From the NCBI RefSeq assembly GCF_009914755.1, contig NC_060927.1: a stretch of DNA of 64,000 bases, one strand, 5' to 3'. The notes beneath the pieces are model-generated. The model saw only the letters and a program-made list of their open reading frames with translations. It ran no database searches and was not told the origin of the DNA. The position numbers and the translations under genes were made by a program. Shown one piece after another: positions 1 to 21,242 of this stretch. Position 1 is the stretch's first letter. The number at the start of each line of letters is the position of its first letter. Source of the stretch: the human T2T-CHM13v2.0 reference genome, Homo sapiens.

Positions 1-19
1 GTGCGGCTATTTCTCTAGG

Positions 20-1976
20 GCACTGGTCCTCAAAGCAGAGCTCCAGAGACCGCTGGGGAGAGGAGGTTCCCTGAAACTCTTTTAGAGAGGTCCACATATT
101 CAAAACTATGTTCATACTGTAGGCCATTATCAGCCTTTTCCACTGTGGTTTTCTGAAATTAAAATCCCTCTTGAAATAAAAGAGAATTTTCCAGAGGCCA
201 CATGATTTGTGACATCACAGCAGTGTGTCTGCAGACACAGACACGGCATCCAGCTACCTCCTATTACGCCAGACGTTTAAAAGATTTGCAAAAAATATAG
301 AATGGCACACTTCTCACTCTTTTGTTTTGGAACATATCTATTCTTTTTGAGACAGGGTCTCACTATGTTTCCCAAGCTGTACTCAAACTTCTGGGCTTAA
401 GCAATCCTCTTGTCTCCAGAATTGGTGGGTTCTTGGTCTCACTGACTTCAAGAATGAAGCTGCGGACCCTCGCAGTGAGTGTTACAGTTCTTAAAGGCGG
501 CACGTCTGGAGTTTGTTCCTTCTGATGTTTGGATGTGTTCGGAGTTTCTTCCTTCTGGTGAGGTCGTGGTCTCTTTGGCTCAGGAGTGAAGCTGCAGACC
601 TTCGCGGTGAGTGTTACAGCTCATAAAGGTAGTGTGGCTCCAAAGAGCAAACAACAGCAAGATTTATTGCAAACAGCAAAAGAACAAACCTCCAACAGCG
701 TGGAAGCGGACCAAACCAGTTTGCCACTGCTGGCTCGGGCAGCCTGCTTTTATTCTCTAATCTGGCCCCACCCACATCCTGCTGATTGGTCCATTTTACA
801 GAGAGCTGATTGGTCCGTTTTGATAGGGTGCTGATTGGTGGGTTTACAATCCCTGAGCTAGACACAAAAGTTCTCCAAGTCCCCACCAGAGTAGCTAGAT
901 AGAGTGTGGACACAAAAGTTCTCCAAGTCACCACCAGAGTAGCTAGATACAGAGTGTCGATTGGGCATTCACAAACCCTGAGCTAGACACAGGGTGCTGA
1001 CTGGTGTGTTTACAAACCTTGAGCTACAGAGTGCTGATTGGTGTATTTACAATCCCTTAGCTAAACATAAAGATTCTCCAAGTCCCCACCAGACTCAGGA
1101 GCCCAGCTGGCTTCACCCAGTGGATCCCGCACGGGGGCCCAGGTGGAGCTGCCTGCCAGTCCCGTGCCGTGCGCCCGCACTCCTCAGCCCTTGGGTGGTC
1201 AATGGGAACTGGGTGCCCTGGAGCAGGGGGCGGCCCTTGACGGGGAGGCTGGGGCCGCGCAGGAGCCCACTGGGGCCGGCGGGGAGTGGTTGAGGAGGGA
1301 AGGCTCAGGCATGGCGGGCTGCAGGTCCTGGGCCCTGCCCTGCGGGGAGGCAGTTAAGGCCCGGCGAGAAATCAAGCACAGCAGCTGCTGGCCCAGGTGC
1401 TAAGCCCCTCACTGCTCGGGACTCGCGGCTCCGAGAGCTGGGCCGCCGAGCCCACGCCCACCCGGAACTTGCGCTGGCCGGCAAGCGCGGCGCGCAGCCC
1501 CGGTTCCCGCCCCCGCCTCTCCCTCCACACCTCACCGCAAGCTGAGGGAGCCGGCTCCGGCCTTGGCCAGCCCAGAAAGGGGCTGGCCGGGGCTCCCATA
1601 GTGTAGCGGCGGGCTGAAGGGCTCCTCAAGCGCGGCCAGAGTGGGCACCAAGGCCGAGGAGGCGCCCAGAGCGAGCGAGGTCTGTGAGGGCTGCCAGCAG
1701 GCTGTCACCTCTCACCTCTGCCTCTGAAGTAGCTGGGACTACAGGCACACACCACTATGCCCAGCTTTGTTTTTATTAAAGTATTTTATTTTCATTAACA
1801 TCCTTAAGCTTTATCATTATGATTGTAAACAAAGTGACACATTAAGTATGTTTAAACTGTCTCCCCTTATTTTCACACACTGTAACTATTGGTAGATATA
1901 ACCCATAAAAAGCTCTCTATGGTGCTCCAGAATTTTTAAGAATGGGTCCTGAGAGCAAAAAGTTTGAAAACCACTG
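20..1976 (+). mobile_element. hAT-Charlie DNA transposon (Charlie1b-like), interrupted at ~343-1765
   Basis: TIR-like ends cactggtcctcaaag...tttgaaaaccactg; near 8-bp TSD ctctaggg/ctctagac; internal ttttccagaggccacatga...cagacgtttaaaagatttgcaaaaa. Confidence 0.7.
411..1714 (-). mobile_element. LTR12C-type (ERV9) solo LTR inserted in an Alu monomer
   Basis: Minus strand starts TGAGAGGTGACAGC and ends GACCAAGAACCCACCAATTCTGGAGACA; repeated gctgattggt CCAAT boxes; CpG-rich U3; cctct duplicated on both sides (406-410, 1715-1719). Confidence 0.92.
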
Positions 1977-2162
1977 CTCTAGACTAAGAAGCCCATGGCT
2001 GGGCATTGAGGCTTGCATTGTCTGAATTCTGATACACAACAAGCTCTAAAACTTTGCTGTTTTGCCATTCTGTAGGAGGACATGCAATATGTATTTCCCA
2101 AATTCGTGTCCTTGCTCTGTGGCAGCTCATGGGCACCACCCTACACTAGCCTCTTGTGGGTT

Positions 2163-2758
2163 TGAGAAGTGAAGCCAGCTGGACTTCCTGGGTCAAGTGG
2201 GGACTTGGAGAACTTTTCTGTCTAGCTAAAGGATTGTAAATGCACCAATCAGCACTCTGTAAAAACGCACCCATCAGCGCTCTGGGTCTAGCTAAATGAT
2301 TGTAAATGCACCAATCAGCACCCCATAAAAACAAAGGATTGTAAATGCACCAATCAGCACCCCATAAAAACAAAGGATTGTAAATGCACCAATCAGCACT
2401 CTGTAAAAATGCACCAATCAGCGCTCTGTGTCTAGCTAAAGGATGTAAACACACCAATCAGCACTCTGTAAAATGGACCAATCAGCACTCTGTAAAATGG
2501 ACCGATCAGCAGGATGTGGGCAGGGACAAATAAGGGAATAAAAAGCTGGCCACCCCAGTCAGCAGTGACAACCTGCTCGGGTCCCCTTCCACACTGCAAA
2601 CTTTGTTCTTTTGCTCTTCACAGTAAATCTTGCTGCTGCTCCCTCTTTGGGTCCGTGCCACCTTTAAGAGCTGTTAACACTCACCACCAAGGTCTGTGGC
2701 TTCATTCTTGAAGTCAGCACGACCAAGAACCCACTGGAAAGAACGAACTCCGGACACA
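2163..2758 (+). mobile_element. LTR12F-type (ERV9) solo LTR
   Basis: TGAGAAGTGAAGCCAGCTGGACTTCCTGGG...GAACTCCGGACACA; seven ccaatcagc boxes; near-TSD ggtt/ggct. Confidence 0.88.
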
Positions 2759-3315
2759 GGCTGTGGGCCTGTTTTCTTCGTGCCTTCACAGACAGTACTG
2801 TCGCCGGCCAGCAAACCACCCTCCCCAAATTATTTCCTTCTGGTGAATTCCCAGAGGACTTCTCATGGGCTCAGAACGTCCCCATCCCTGAAAGCATGGA
2901 ACAGCCTCGTGGTCACTCTGCTGGCATGGGGTGCTCACAGTTTTATCAAGTTTCCTTCTATTTTAGTAACTAAAAATGTTATGTCTGTCAAGGACATATT
3001 GCTGGCGGGGTCCCTGAAGGCTCAGAGTAAGCTTCCTGTGGGTTTTTCCACCTCCTGTGCCCTCCCCGCTGTGAGCTCTGCCCTTCTATCTGTTGCACAT
3101 CCACCATGTGTCAGCTTGAGTGCCCACGTTCCATGTCATGAATTCTAATGTTTTCCTTTATAGCTAGTTTAGGGAAATTCTGAATTTGTTGTTCAGATGA
3201 GGAGCAAGCTGTGGAGAGGAAAAGATCACCAAGGGGTCACGTATGCAGGGGACATTTAAGTACCAAGCACTGCACCAAGTCCCTCACCCTTAGGAAGGTG
3301 TATAAACCTCAGAAC

Positions 3316-3781
3316 TGTTACTGCAACACCAGGGTCTAGGTCTAGGTCCCGCTGCTCACTGCACAGAAAGCCAATAAGACAACAAGTATCGCCTGGGAAG
3401 AAGGCTTTAATTGTGTGCTGTAGTCAGAGATGGGAGATCAGTCTCAAATCCATCTCCCTGACGGACTAAAACTAGGGGTAATATAACAGAGAAGAAACGT
3501 AACCATGTGTGGGAAAACAGGAATTAGGGAGGTCAACAGGAAGCAGGTGGTCAGTTAGGCACTCATGATGGGTGAGAGGTCTAGCCTCTCATTGTGCAGA
3601 TGATGTGGTGAGTTTCAACTCCTTGACACTATCTGGGAGGCCTGATAGTTGCTTTCCTAAGAGAGGAACTCAAATAAGACAAATGTAACTTTCTCAAGTT
3701 TTAAGACTGGGAGGATCAATTTCTATGTTTATTCAAAGAAACCATGAACATCAGTTCTGTGGGGCAGTTGGGCCGGCTTCA
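3316..3781 (-). mobile_element. ERV1-class solo LTR (LOR1-like)
   Basis: TG...CA termini; minus strand begins tgaagccggcccaactgccccacagaactgatgttcatggtttctttgaataaacatagaaattgatcctcccagtc. Confidence 0.6.
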
Positions 3782-4553
3782 GAGCTACCTCTTGGTGTGG
3801 GCAGTGAACACCCTTCTCACCTCACCTTCCTCCTCTCCATTTTACAGATGGGGAAACTGAGGCACAGAAAGGTAAATAGCAGAGGTGAGATTTGGAGCCA
3901 AGCAGTCTGGCCCCCATGCCAGTCTTGTAAGTCCTCTTCTCATGGTTGCTCACAGGCACTCAACTTAGGAACTGCTGGTCAACCCAAAAAAATCTGTATT
4001 AAGCATGGAAACAAAATTCACAGAAAGGATGCCTGATGGCCGCGTGGCGTTCTCAGATGAATACAGCTGCTTTGAGGCCAAGTGCTCTGCCTCTGCCCCC
4101 TACCTTCCTCCTTATTCACCCACCTGGGGTCTTTGATTCTTAAACTTTAGGGATTCTTGGAAACAAGCTAGGATGACAAATAGGCTATGGATTTGACCTT
4201 CTTAGTGATTAAGACACCACCGCGTGGCGCCCGCTGGAGTGGACCAGAATGTGTCCTCCACCAGACACGGCTTCTCAAAAGCTATAGGCGCAGCGATTCT
4301 GGGCGCTCTGCCTGTGAGTTAGCCCTGCTCAACAAGGAGCAGTAAAAACCAAGCAAACAAACGGGAGGCAGCAGCTGGTGGGGGTTTATTTTTTGACAAT
4401 ACCCTCACCCCCCAACACAGACACTGACCCTTGGGAAGGGATCTTGGGGCAGACCCCTGCTGGCCTACTGCCCCTCGTCTGGGGTCTCAGGCAGGTGCAG
4501 GCTGAGCAGACTTGGGCTCTAGAAACCAACCTTTCTGGAATTTTACGCTAGAC

Positions 4554-5275
<722 letters not shown>

Positions 5276-5376
5276 CCTAGACCGAAGGAAAAGAGAAGAC
5301 CGATACAACGGTGGCAAAATAGAAAATCCCTGTGGATTTCCCATGTTATAATAACAGGGAAGGAAAATGATCATAA

Positions 5377-5690
<314 letters not shown>

Positions 5691-5949
5691 ACCTACAAAA
5701 TGTATTTAGTTAAAATCTCCTGTCGTCTCCTAGGCAGGGGGCAAAGCCCTGCTTTCTTTCCTGGAGTCCCATGGACACTGGGTCAGCACTGCCTGGACCC
5801 CTACCCAGCTGTGCAGGTGCTGTTTTACCCCTGCAAGGCTCTCGGTCAGGACCGAGCCTCCTCCTTCAGCTCTTGCCCAACTTCGTTGCACCAAGACAGA
5901 AGTTTATGAGCATGCCCAGAAGAGGAACCAATATGGCCTGGGGGCCCTA

Positions 5950-6590
5950 GAGTGGTCACATTCCAAGACAGAAAGTGGGTGGTGGCCACCAAGGCTGGAG
6001 GAGAGGGCACACGGGGAGTTTGGTGGGGACAGAGTTTCAGTTTGGGAAGACGGAAGCATTCTGAGATGGATGGTGTTCATGGTGGCACAGCAGTGTGAAT
6101 GTGCTTAAGGTCCCTGCACTCTCCACTTTACGGATTTTATGGATGCTTAAAATTAGGAAAATTAGGAGTCTTTTGTAGTTTAAAAGTGTGATGATTGGCT
6201 TTTCTTGCTCTTGTGTGAGTGAGGTGTGCTTCTCTCAAAATACTATGTTCTCTCATAAATACTATGCCATGTATGGTTTGTTTTGGGGGTTTATTCTTGA
6301 GACAGGGTTTCGCTTTGCCGCCCAGGCCGATCTTGGCTCACTGCAGCCTCTGCGTCCTGGGTTCAAGCGATTCTTCTGCCCCCTGAGTAGCTGGGATTAC
6401 AGGCATGCGCCACCTTGCCCAGCTAATTTTTGGATTTTTTAGTAGAGATGGGGTTTTGCCATATTGACGAGGCTGGTCTTGAACTCCTGACCTCAAGTGA
6501 TCCACCCGCCTTTGTCTCCCAAAGTGCTGGGATTACAGGCTTGAGCCACCATGCCCAGCCCATGCCATGTATGTTTTACCACAATACATA
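5950..6590 (+). mobile_element. L1MB-like 3' end, interrupted by the partial U13 copy and an antisense Alu (~6290-6560)
   Basis: gacagaaagt...ggggacagagtttcagtttgggaag...ttctgagatggatggtg...atgtatgttttaccacaata. Confidence 0.65.
6167..6240 (+). pseudogene. Partial (5' two-thirds) second U13 copy
   Basis: tcttttgtagtttaaaagtgtgatgattggcttttcttgctcttgtgtgagtgag; shares the 5' flank aaaattaggag with the copy at 6965. Confidence 0.8.
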
Positions 6591-6964
6591 GTAATAATTT
6601 TGTTTTAAGTAATACAGCAATCTCTGTAAGCTCCTTTAGCCAAAGACAGTCACTATTAACACACAGTTAGTCTAAGCATCCCAGCTTTTCTCTTTTCTAC
6701 CTCTGGAAAAGATACATTCCTAGAAAGTAAACACACCAGCGTGAAGTCACGGAGGGAACAATGGGGCTCGCCATTGCAGTATTTCCTTCTGGTGTCCTTC
6801 TCCGAACAGTTGTATATAGTTGAGATCATAACCACACAAATTATCTAGCCCAACTTTTTCCCTTCTTTAAAAAATGGAAATAGCTTTATTGATTTTCCTG
6901 GCTATATATAACTAATTCATGATCATAACCAAAAATTTTTCTCTAAAACTGCAAAAAAATTAGG

Positions 6965-7074
6965 AGCCTTTTGTAGTTTATAAGTGTGATGATTGGCTTT
7001 TCTCATTCTTGTGTGAGTGAGAACTTCTTTTCTCAAACCTTGTTATGATGTCAGCACATTACCTACCAGACATG
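6965..7074 (+). pseudogene. U13 (SNORD13) snoRNA retropseudogene, near full length
   Basis: ccttttgtagtttataagtgtgatgattgg...cttgtgtgag...aaccttgttatgatgtcagcacattacc...gac follows the U13 sequence (box C TGATGA kept, box D degenerate); followed by an A-rich tail. Confidence 0.85.
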
Positions 7075-7096
7075 AAAAATAATAATAAAAGGCCTA

Positions 7097-7580
<484 letters not shown>

Positions 7581-7639
7581 TTATTTATGAGAGTAATTGA
7601 GAACATATTTTCATGGTTCATCTGTTTCTACTTAGTCAA

Positions 7640-7932
<293 letters not shown>

Positions 7933-8191
7933 TAGTCATTTTTAATTTTATTGTATTCATTCATTTTATTTTTATTAATTCATCTTTTATTGAGGAACAT
8001 TTAAGTTTGGGTGTGAAATTGCAATGATAAACAGCTATTCAGCTTATTTCACTTACTGGCATTTTCCAATCAATAGTAGAATTCCAATCACTACTTCAAT
8101 CAAATCCTTCATGAAGATCATTTCTATGTCACTCCTTTTCTGGGATATCTAGGTTGTTTCCAAGTCCCCCCTGCCCCCACAAATGGCATTA

Positions 8192-8926
8192 TGTCTTAGT
8201 TTGTTTGTGTCTCTATAAAGGAATACCTGAGACTGGGTAATTTATAAAGAAAAGAGGTTTATTTGGCTCACAGTTCTGCAGGCTGTTCAGGAAGCCTGGC
8301 GCCAGCATCTGCTCCTAGTGAGACCTCAGGGAAGCTTTCACTCATGTTGGAGGTGAAGGGGAGCTGGTGGGTCACACGGTGAGAGAGGGAGCAGGAAAGA
8401 GGGGAGGGAGTTGCCAGGCAGCTCTTTTTGAAAATCAGGTCTCTTGGGAACTAACATAGTGAGCATTCACTCATTATCTCATTAGTGTGAGGACTGCACC
8501 AAGCCATGAGGGGTGCGCTCCCATGACCCACCTTTCACCAGGCCTCACCTTCAACATTGGGGATCACATTTTAACATGAGATTTGGAGGGGTCAAATAGC
8601 AAACCAGGCCAGGTGCAGTGGCTCACGCCTGTAATCCCAACACTTTGGGAGGCCGAGGTGGGCGGATCACCTGAGGTCAGAAGTTTGAGACCAGCCTAGC
8701 CTGGCCAACATGGTGAAACTCTCTATCTCTCCTAAAAATACAAAAATTAGCCAGGCATGGTGGTGGGCACCTGTAATCCCAGCTACTTGGGAGGTTGAGG
8801 CAGGAGAATCGCTTGAACTTGGGAGGCAGAGGTTGCAGTGAGCTAAGATCACACCATTCATTGCACTCCAGCCTGGATGACAAGACTGAAATTCCGTCAG
8901 AAAAAAAAAAAAAAGGAAACCATAGC
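8192..8926. mobile_element. MaLR LTR (MSTB-like) interrupted by an Alu (~8607-8915)
   Basis: tgtcttagtttgtttgtg...tataaaggaatacctgagactgggtaatttataaagaaaagaggtttatttggctcacagttctgcaggctg...aaaccatagca. Confidence 0.8.
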
Positions 8927-9026
8927 ACATTGTATTTGAATTCTTTGTACATAAAAATTTTTCCACATCTAGATGTGTTTTCTTGGGACAGAATCCCCAA
9001 AGTTGATTTGGGAAAAAGTAAAGTTT

Positions 9027-9983
<957 letters not shown>

Positions 9984-10186
9984 CCCAGATGCATTTTCAA
10001 TAGCAAGAATTTTCCCTCTTCCTTCTCATTCCTCTCCCCACCCCACTTAAAATAAAGTTGGCCCTAAAGTGCTGGATGAAGAAAGGAAAAAAGTCAGCAG
10101 GGCAGAAATCATCATTACAAATACTCTGGAGTGCAAAGAATTGACCCTGTGTCTGAATGTCCCCTGGAAAATAAACATTGGCATCC

Positions 10187-12633
<2,447 letters not shown>

Positions 12634-12885
12634 TTAAAAAACAATGATAGCAAAATATTGTTGAGAACAGAAAGAAGGTTTGAATAAACAAAAAATGTAC
12701 CCATTCATGATAGCAAGATTCAAGTCTCCCAGATGAACTCTAAATTCAGTTCATCCTATGAATATCTTGGCAAATTTCTTTCTGAGGAACTTAACAAAGG
12801 AAGAGATGAGGCTGACACCACCTGAAAGGCCTCATGAGCGATTTCAGCAGAAGGCTGGGTATAGCCAGAAGAGCATCTTCCAGAG

Positions 12886-13647
<762 letters not shown>

Positions 13648-13829
13648 AGAGACAACCATCACAGACAACTTGTGCTGTGGGGACGCCTCTGGAGCCTGCC
13701 CCAGGCTTCCAGCTACACTTGGCATATTGACCACATGGGGGAGAGGGGGTCTCCTCTCCCTACCCACACCCCACCAGAATTCCTTGGCAGTTATTTTTAT
13801 TTTTTAAATTTAATTCAATTTAATTTCTA

Positions 13830-18086
<4,257 letters not shown>

Positions 18087-18113
18087 CGAAACAAATCTTT
18101 TAAAATCTGATAT

Positions 18114-19492
18114 GAAAGGGAAACCTCCTTGCCCAAGTGTGGCAAGGACAGGACCAGATCCCAGGAGCCTAGGTGGGGATGAGCCCGACCCACCACGGCC
18201 TCCGTAGCCAGAGCTGTAGACAGGGTTGCTTGCAGTGGGCCGCACCGTGGCCCGCTGAAAGCACACAGTGGACACGAGCTGAGTCCAGAGCTTTCTCTGA
18301 GCTGGGACTTAGCCCTCCAGTGGGGAACCATGGTCAGCGGCTGCAACCCCTGGGCAAGATGGGGCCTGGCCTCCTGCCCTCTGCAGGGTCATAGGAGTGT
18401 CTGGGAGCTCAGGGTCAGGGCCAGATGGCTGTTCCTGGGGCCTGGGGCTCCAGCTCAGGATGTTTGGGAACAGGAACTCTTGGCTTGGAGAAGCCCATTA
18501 CACCACAGGAGGCCTGAGATGGTCGGTCTGCGGGGAGCAGCTCAGACTGGGGGTGGCAGAGCAGCGTGTGGCTGTGTGTGGCCAGGTCAGGGGAGAGTGG
18601 CCAATGCTGGGCCCTCTCTAAGGAGCCCGAGGGCCACAAGGACCGTGGAAGAGGTCTTGAGTGAGGGAGTCGGGACCTTGTGGCTAGGGGTCTTGCTTGA
18701 GGATGCTCTCTGCAGCCACAAGGAGATGCCCAGGCAGGACCAGGTCAGGAAGAGGCTGGGGCAGAGGCCCAGGCAGGAGGTGGGTGGGCTGGGTGGGGAT
18801 GGGAGTAGCCAGGGTGAAGGTGAGGACAGGGAAGGGGCCCCCCTGCCTCCTGGCTTCCCTGAGGGCGGGGCTGGCCAATCCCAGCGGCAAATGTGTGCAG
18901 GGAGGAGTGGGGTCCAGGTTGGAGCTTTGGGAGCCCTTGGAGGCAGCAAGGCAGACTCACCTCTGGGACCCAGCACCCAGCTTGGGCGTGCAGGTGGGGG
19001 CTCAGAAGTGAACATCGTGGGGCTTTGAGCAAGACTCTCTGGGATCCAGTCTCAGCTTCCATACTTTGAAGTCAAGGAGTGGACCTGTGCTGTCTGTTTG
19101 CTCTGGGGTCTGGGCAGTCCTGTTGTTTGGGTAGAGGCCTCAGAGGGCCCTAGGGACAGACTGACCCAGGTCTGAGCCTCTTGGGAGCGTGCGGATGGCC
19201 GGGCTCAGACAGGCCTGGTTATGGGTTTGACTTACAAGGGGCACACGCGCACTCTGGTGCTTCCTGGCATTCAGAAGAGAAGAGGGAGTTCAGACATCAG
19301 GCCTTCCTTCTCCCTGGGAAGGATGGCAGGTGCCTGGAGCCAGGCCTGTCTTGAGAGCCAGGGCTCTGGGTCTTCCTCCTCCAGTGCCCTGTTCCAGGCC
19401 TTCAGTGCATAAAGCACTCCCCTCCTGGGGTCTCTTCAGGGCTCCCCGGGATGCAAATGGGACAGGGAATAGGATCCCAGGTTTGAGGAAAC
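18114..19492 (+). repeat. Inverted duplication arm A (paralog of ISY1 3' UTR segment)
   Basis: Colinear reverse-complement match to 60588-62094, e.g. gcacacagtggacacgagctgagtccagagc and catactttgaagtcaaggagtggacctgtgctgtc. Confidence 0.95.
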
Positions 19493-19900
19493 CAAGGCCC
19501 AGAGAGGAGAAGTGACCTGCCCAGAACCACAGGACAGTCAGGGCACACCTAGGTTTCAACGGCAGGCTGCTATGAGCCCCATCATGTCAGTTTGTCTCAG
19601 GCTTGGCAAGGTGGTGCAGCACTGCTAGGCCCCCCTCTTCTTCCTCAGGGTGACCAACCAGCAGCCCTGCTGTTTAAGAGTCCCTTTCGGCAGAAAACCC
19701 CTTATTTGAGTGACCAGGAATAGACCCCTGATTATATTGGTGGGCAGGCTATGGATTTCATGGGCTTCCCAGTGCCAGAGACCTGATTCAGGCACTTCTC
19801 TAAGCTGAGCATCTACTGTGTGCCTGGTAACATCTCTGTGCTGGTCACATCACAGAAGCAAGAGCCCCTCATGGTGTTCTTAAGTCCTAACTCGGAATAA

Positions 19901-20062
19901 CAACAGGTCAGAGCCCCCCAAAGCCCAGGCACAGGCCCTGAGCCCCTGGACACTGGCGTTTGTGTCTGAGAGGGGGTGAGAACACTTCTCTGTAGGAAAT
20001 GTCTTCAGCCCAGGATCCAGGGGTGGGGGGAACCTCGACCATGGGGTGGGTTGTTCCTGCCA
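19901..20062 (+). repeat. Direct duplication copy 1 (~160 bp)
   Basis: Matches 21081-21242, e.g. cttctctgtaggaaatg...caggatccaggggt.ggggaacctcgaccatggggtgggttg.tcctgcca. Confidence 0.92.
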
Positions 20063-20479
20063 CTGTGGGATCAATGTGGCTACAAGACCCGGGCAAGGGA
20101 TTCCTCATCCAGGCCTGTGTGCTCAGGAGAGTGACGCTTCCCTCATGGGGAGGTCGGGGTGAGGGTGCCCCTGCCAATCACCAAAGAGCCCTCTCCAACA
20201 CAAACCCAATGGGAGGAACCTGGGGTGTCCCAGAGAAGGGACCCAGCCCAAGCTTCCTCTGCCCCTCAGGCACCAACTGCTTCTTGCTCAGGGGGGTCCC
20301 CCAAGGGTTTAGGGACAGAGGGAAGGTCTCACAGTGCTCTGGGTGGCAGACTGGCAGGGGGCAGCTTGTCTACCACCCCGGGCCTGGAGACTAGTTGAGG
20401 CACGTGGCCACCTGGGCCGCCTCTGGGCTCAAAGATCAGAGAACCAGTCCTGGGCGCAGTGGCTTGTTATAGAAATCTG

Positions 20480-20485
20480 TTTAAT
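20480..20485 (-). terminator. RAB43 polyadenylation signal ATTAAA
   Basis: tttaat on the + strand, with a TGTA (CFIm-type) element ~15 nt upstream on the minus strand in an AT-rich patch. Confidence 0.7.
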
Positions 20486-21080
20486 GGTTTAGGAATGTGT
20501 ACACTCTGGCTCTGCCAAGTTTCCATAAAGGCAACTTTTCCATGTTTTAAAAAATAGATTTGGTATAAAGATTTATATATTCATAAATAGGTGGCATGAA
20601 AAATTACCAAATGCAAATGGAATACTTGCGCTGACTGAAGCCCTGTTCACCCCAAGTCCAGGCCCTGCAGGGGTCCGAGGGTCTCTGCTGGAGGAGGCCC
20701 CAACTCCGGCAGCCTCTTAGGGAAGAGAAACTGAATTAAATGTGTATTAGGAACCCCTCCAGCTCCTTAAGCCAGCGTCGCACTGGCCCCACCGAGGCCT
20801 CAGCCCACCTCCCTCTGCTTCCCCCCGCCACCTCCACCATTGCCCCCTCCCCTGCACTCTGGCCCCTGACCCCACCTGTTCCCACTCTTTGGCAATTTAT
20901 CAACAAAGGAAGAGATGACACTGTTCTCCTTCCGCCCCAGAGCCCGGGCTGCCGGGAGAGCTTAGCCTGCCAAGGGGAGGAAACAAGCCGGCTTTGTTTT
21001 GTCTCACACACTTCCCCGTCTTCACTCCCAGCCCAGTTTTAAGGGCCGGAAGGGCAGTGGGGCCCCCTCCTGGTGGGATA

Positions 21081-21242
21081 CAGCAGGGCAGGAGCCCCTG
21101 CAACCCCAGGTACAGGTCTTGAGTCCCTGGACACCGGCTTTTGTGCCTGAGAGGGGGTGGGAACGCTTCTCTGTAGGAAATGGCTTCAGTCCAGGATCCA
21201 GGGGTAGGGGAACCTCGACCATGGGGTGGGTTGCTCCTGCCA
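21081..21242 (+). repeat. Direct duplication copy 2 (in RAB43 3' UTR)
   Basis: Matches 19901-20062. Confidence 0.92.

Noticed and set aside
2220-2515. Regularly spaced caccaatcagc repeats resembling a CRISPR array
   Set aside because: LTR12 CCAAT enhancer repeats in eukaryotic DNA; the spacers are themselves repetitive and there are no cas genes.
322-2711. ORFs resembling 'hypothetical proteins' (MKLQTFAVSVTAHKG..., SADWCIYN...)
   Set aside because: Translations of LTR12 solo LTR sequence; no gag/pol/env internal region.
6965-7074. Functional U13 snoRNA gene
   Set aside because: Many substitutions, degenerate box D (CAGA for CTGA) and an A-rich tail indicate a retropseudogene.
18330-19028. 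232-aa ORF inside inverted arm A
   Set aside because: The paralogous arm breaks the frame with indels (split among several short ORFs) and there is no recognisable domain.
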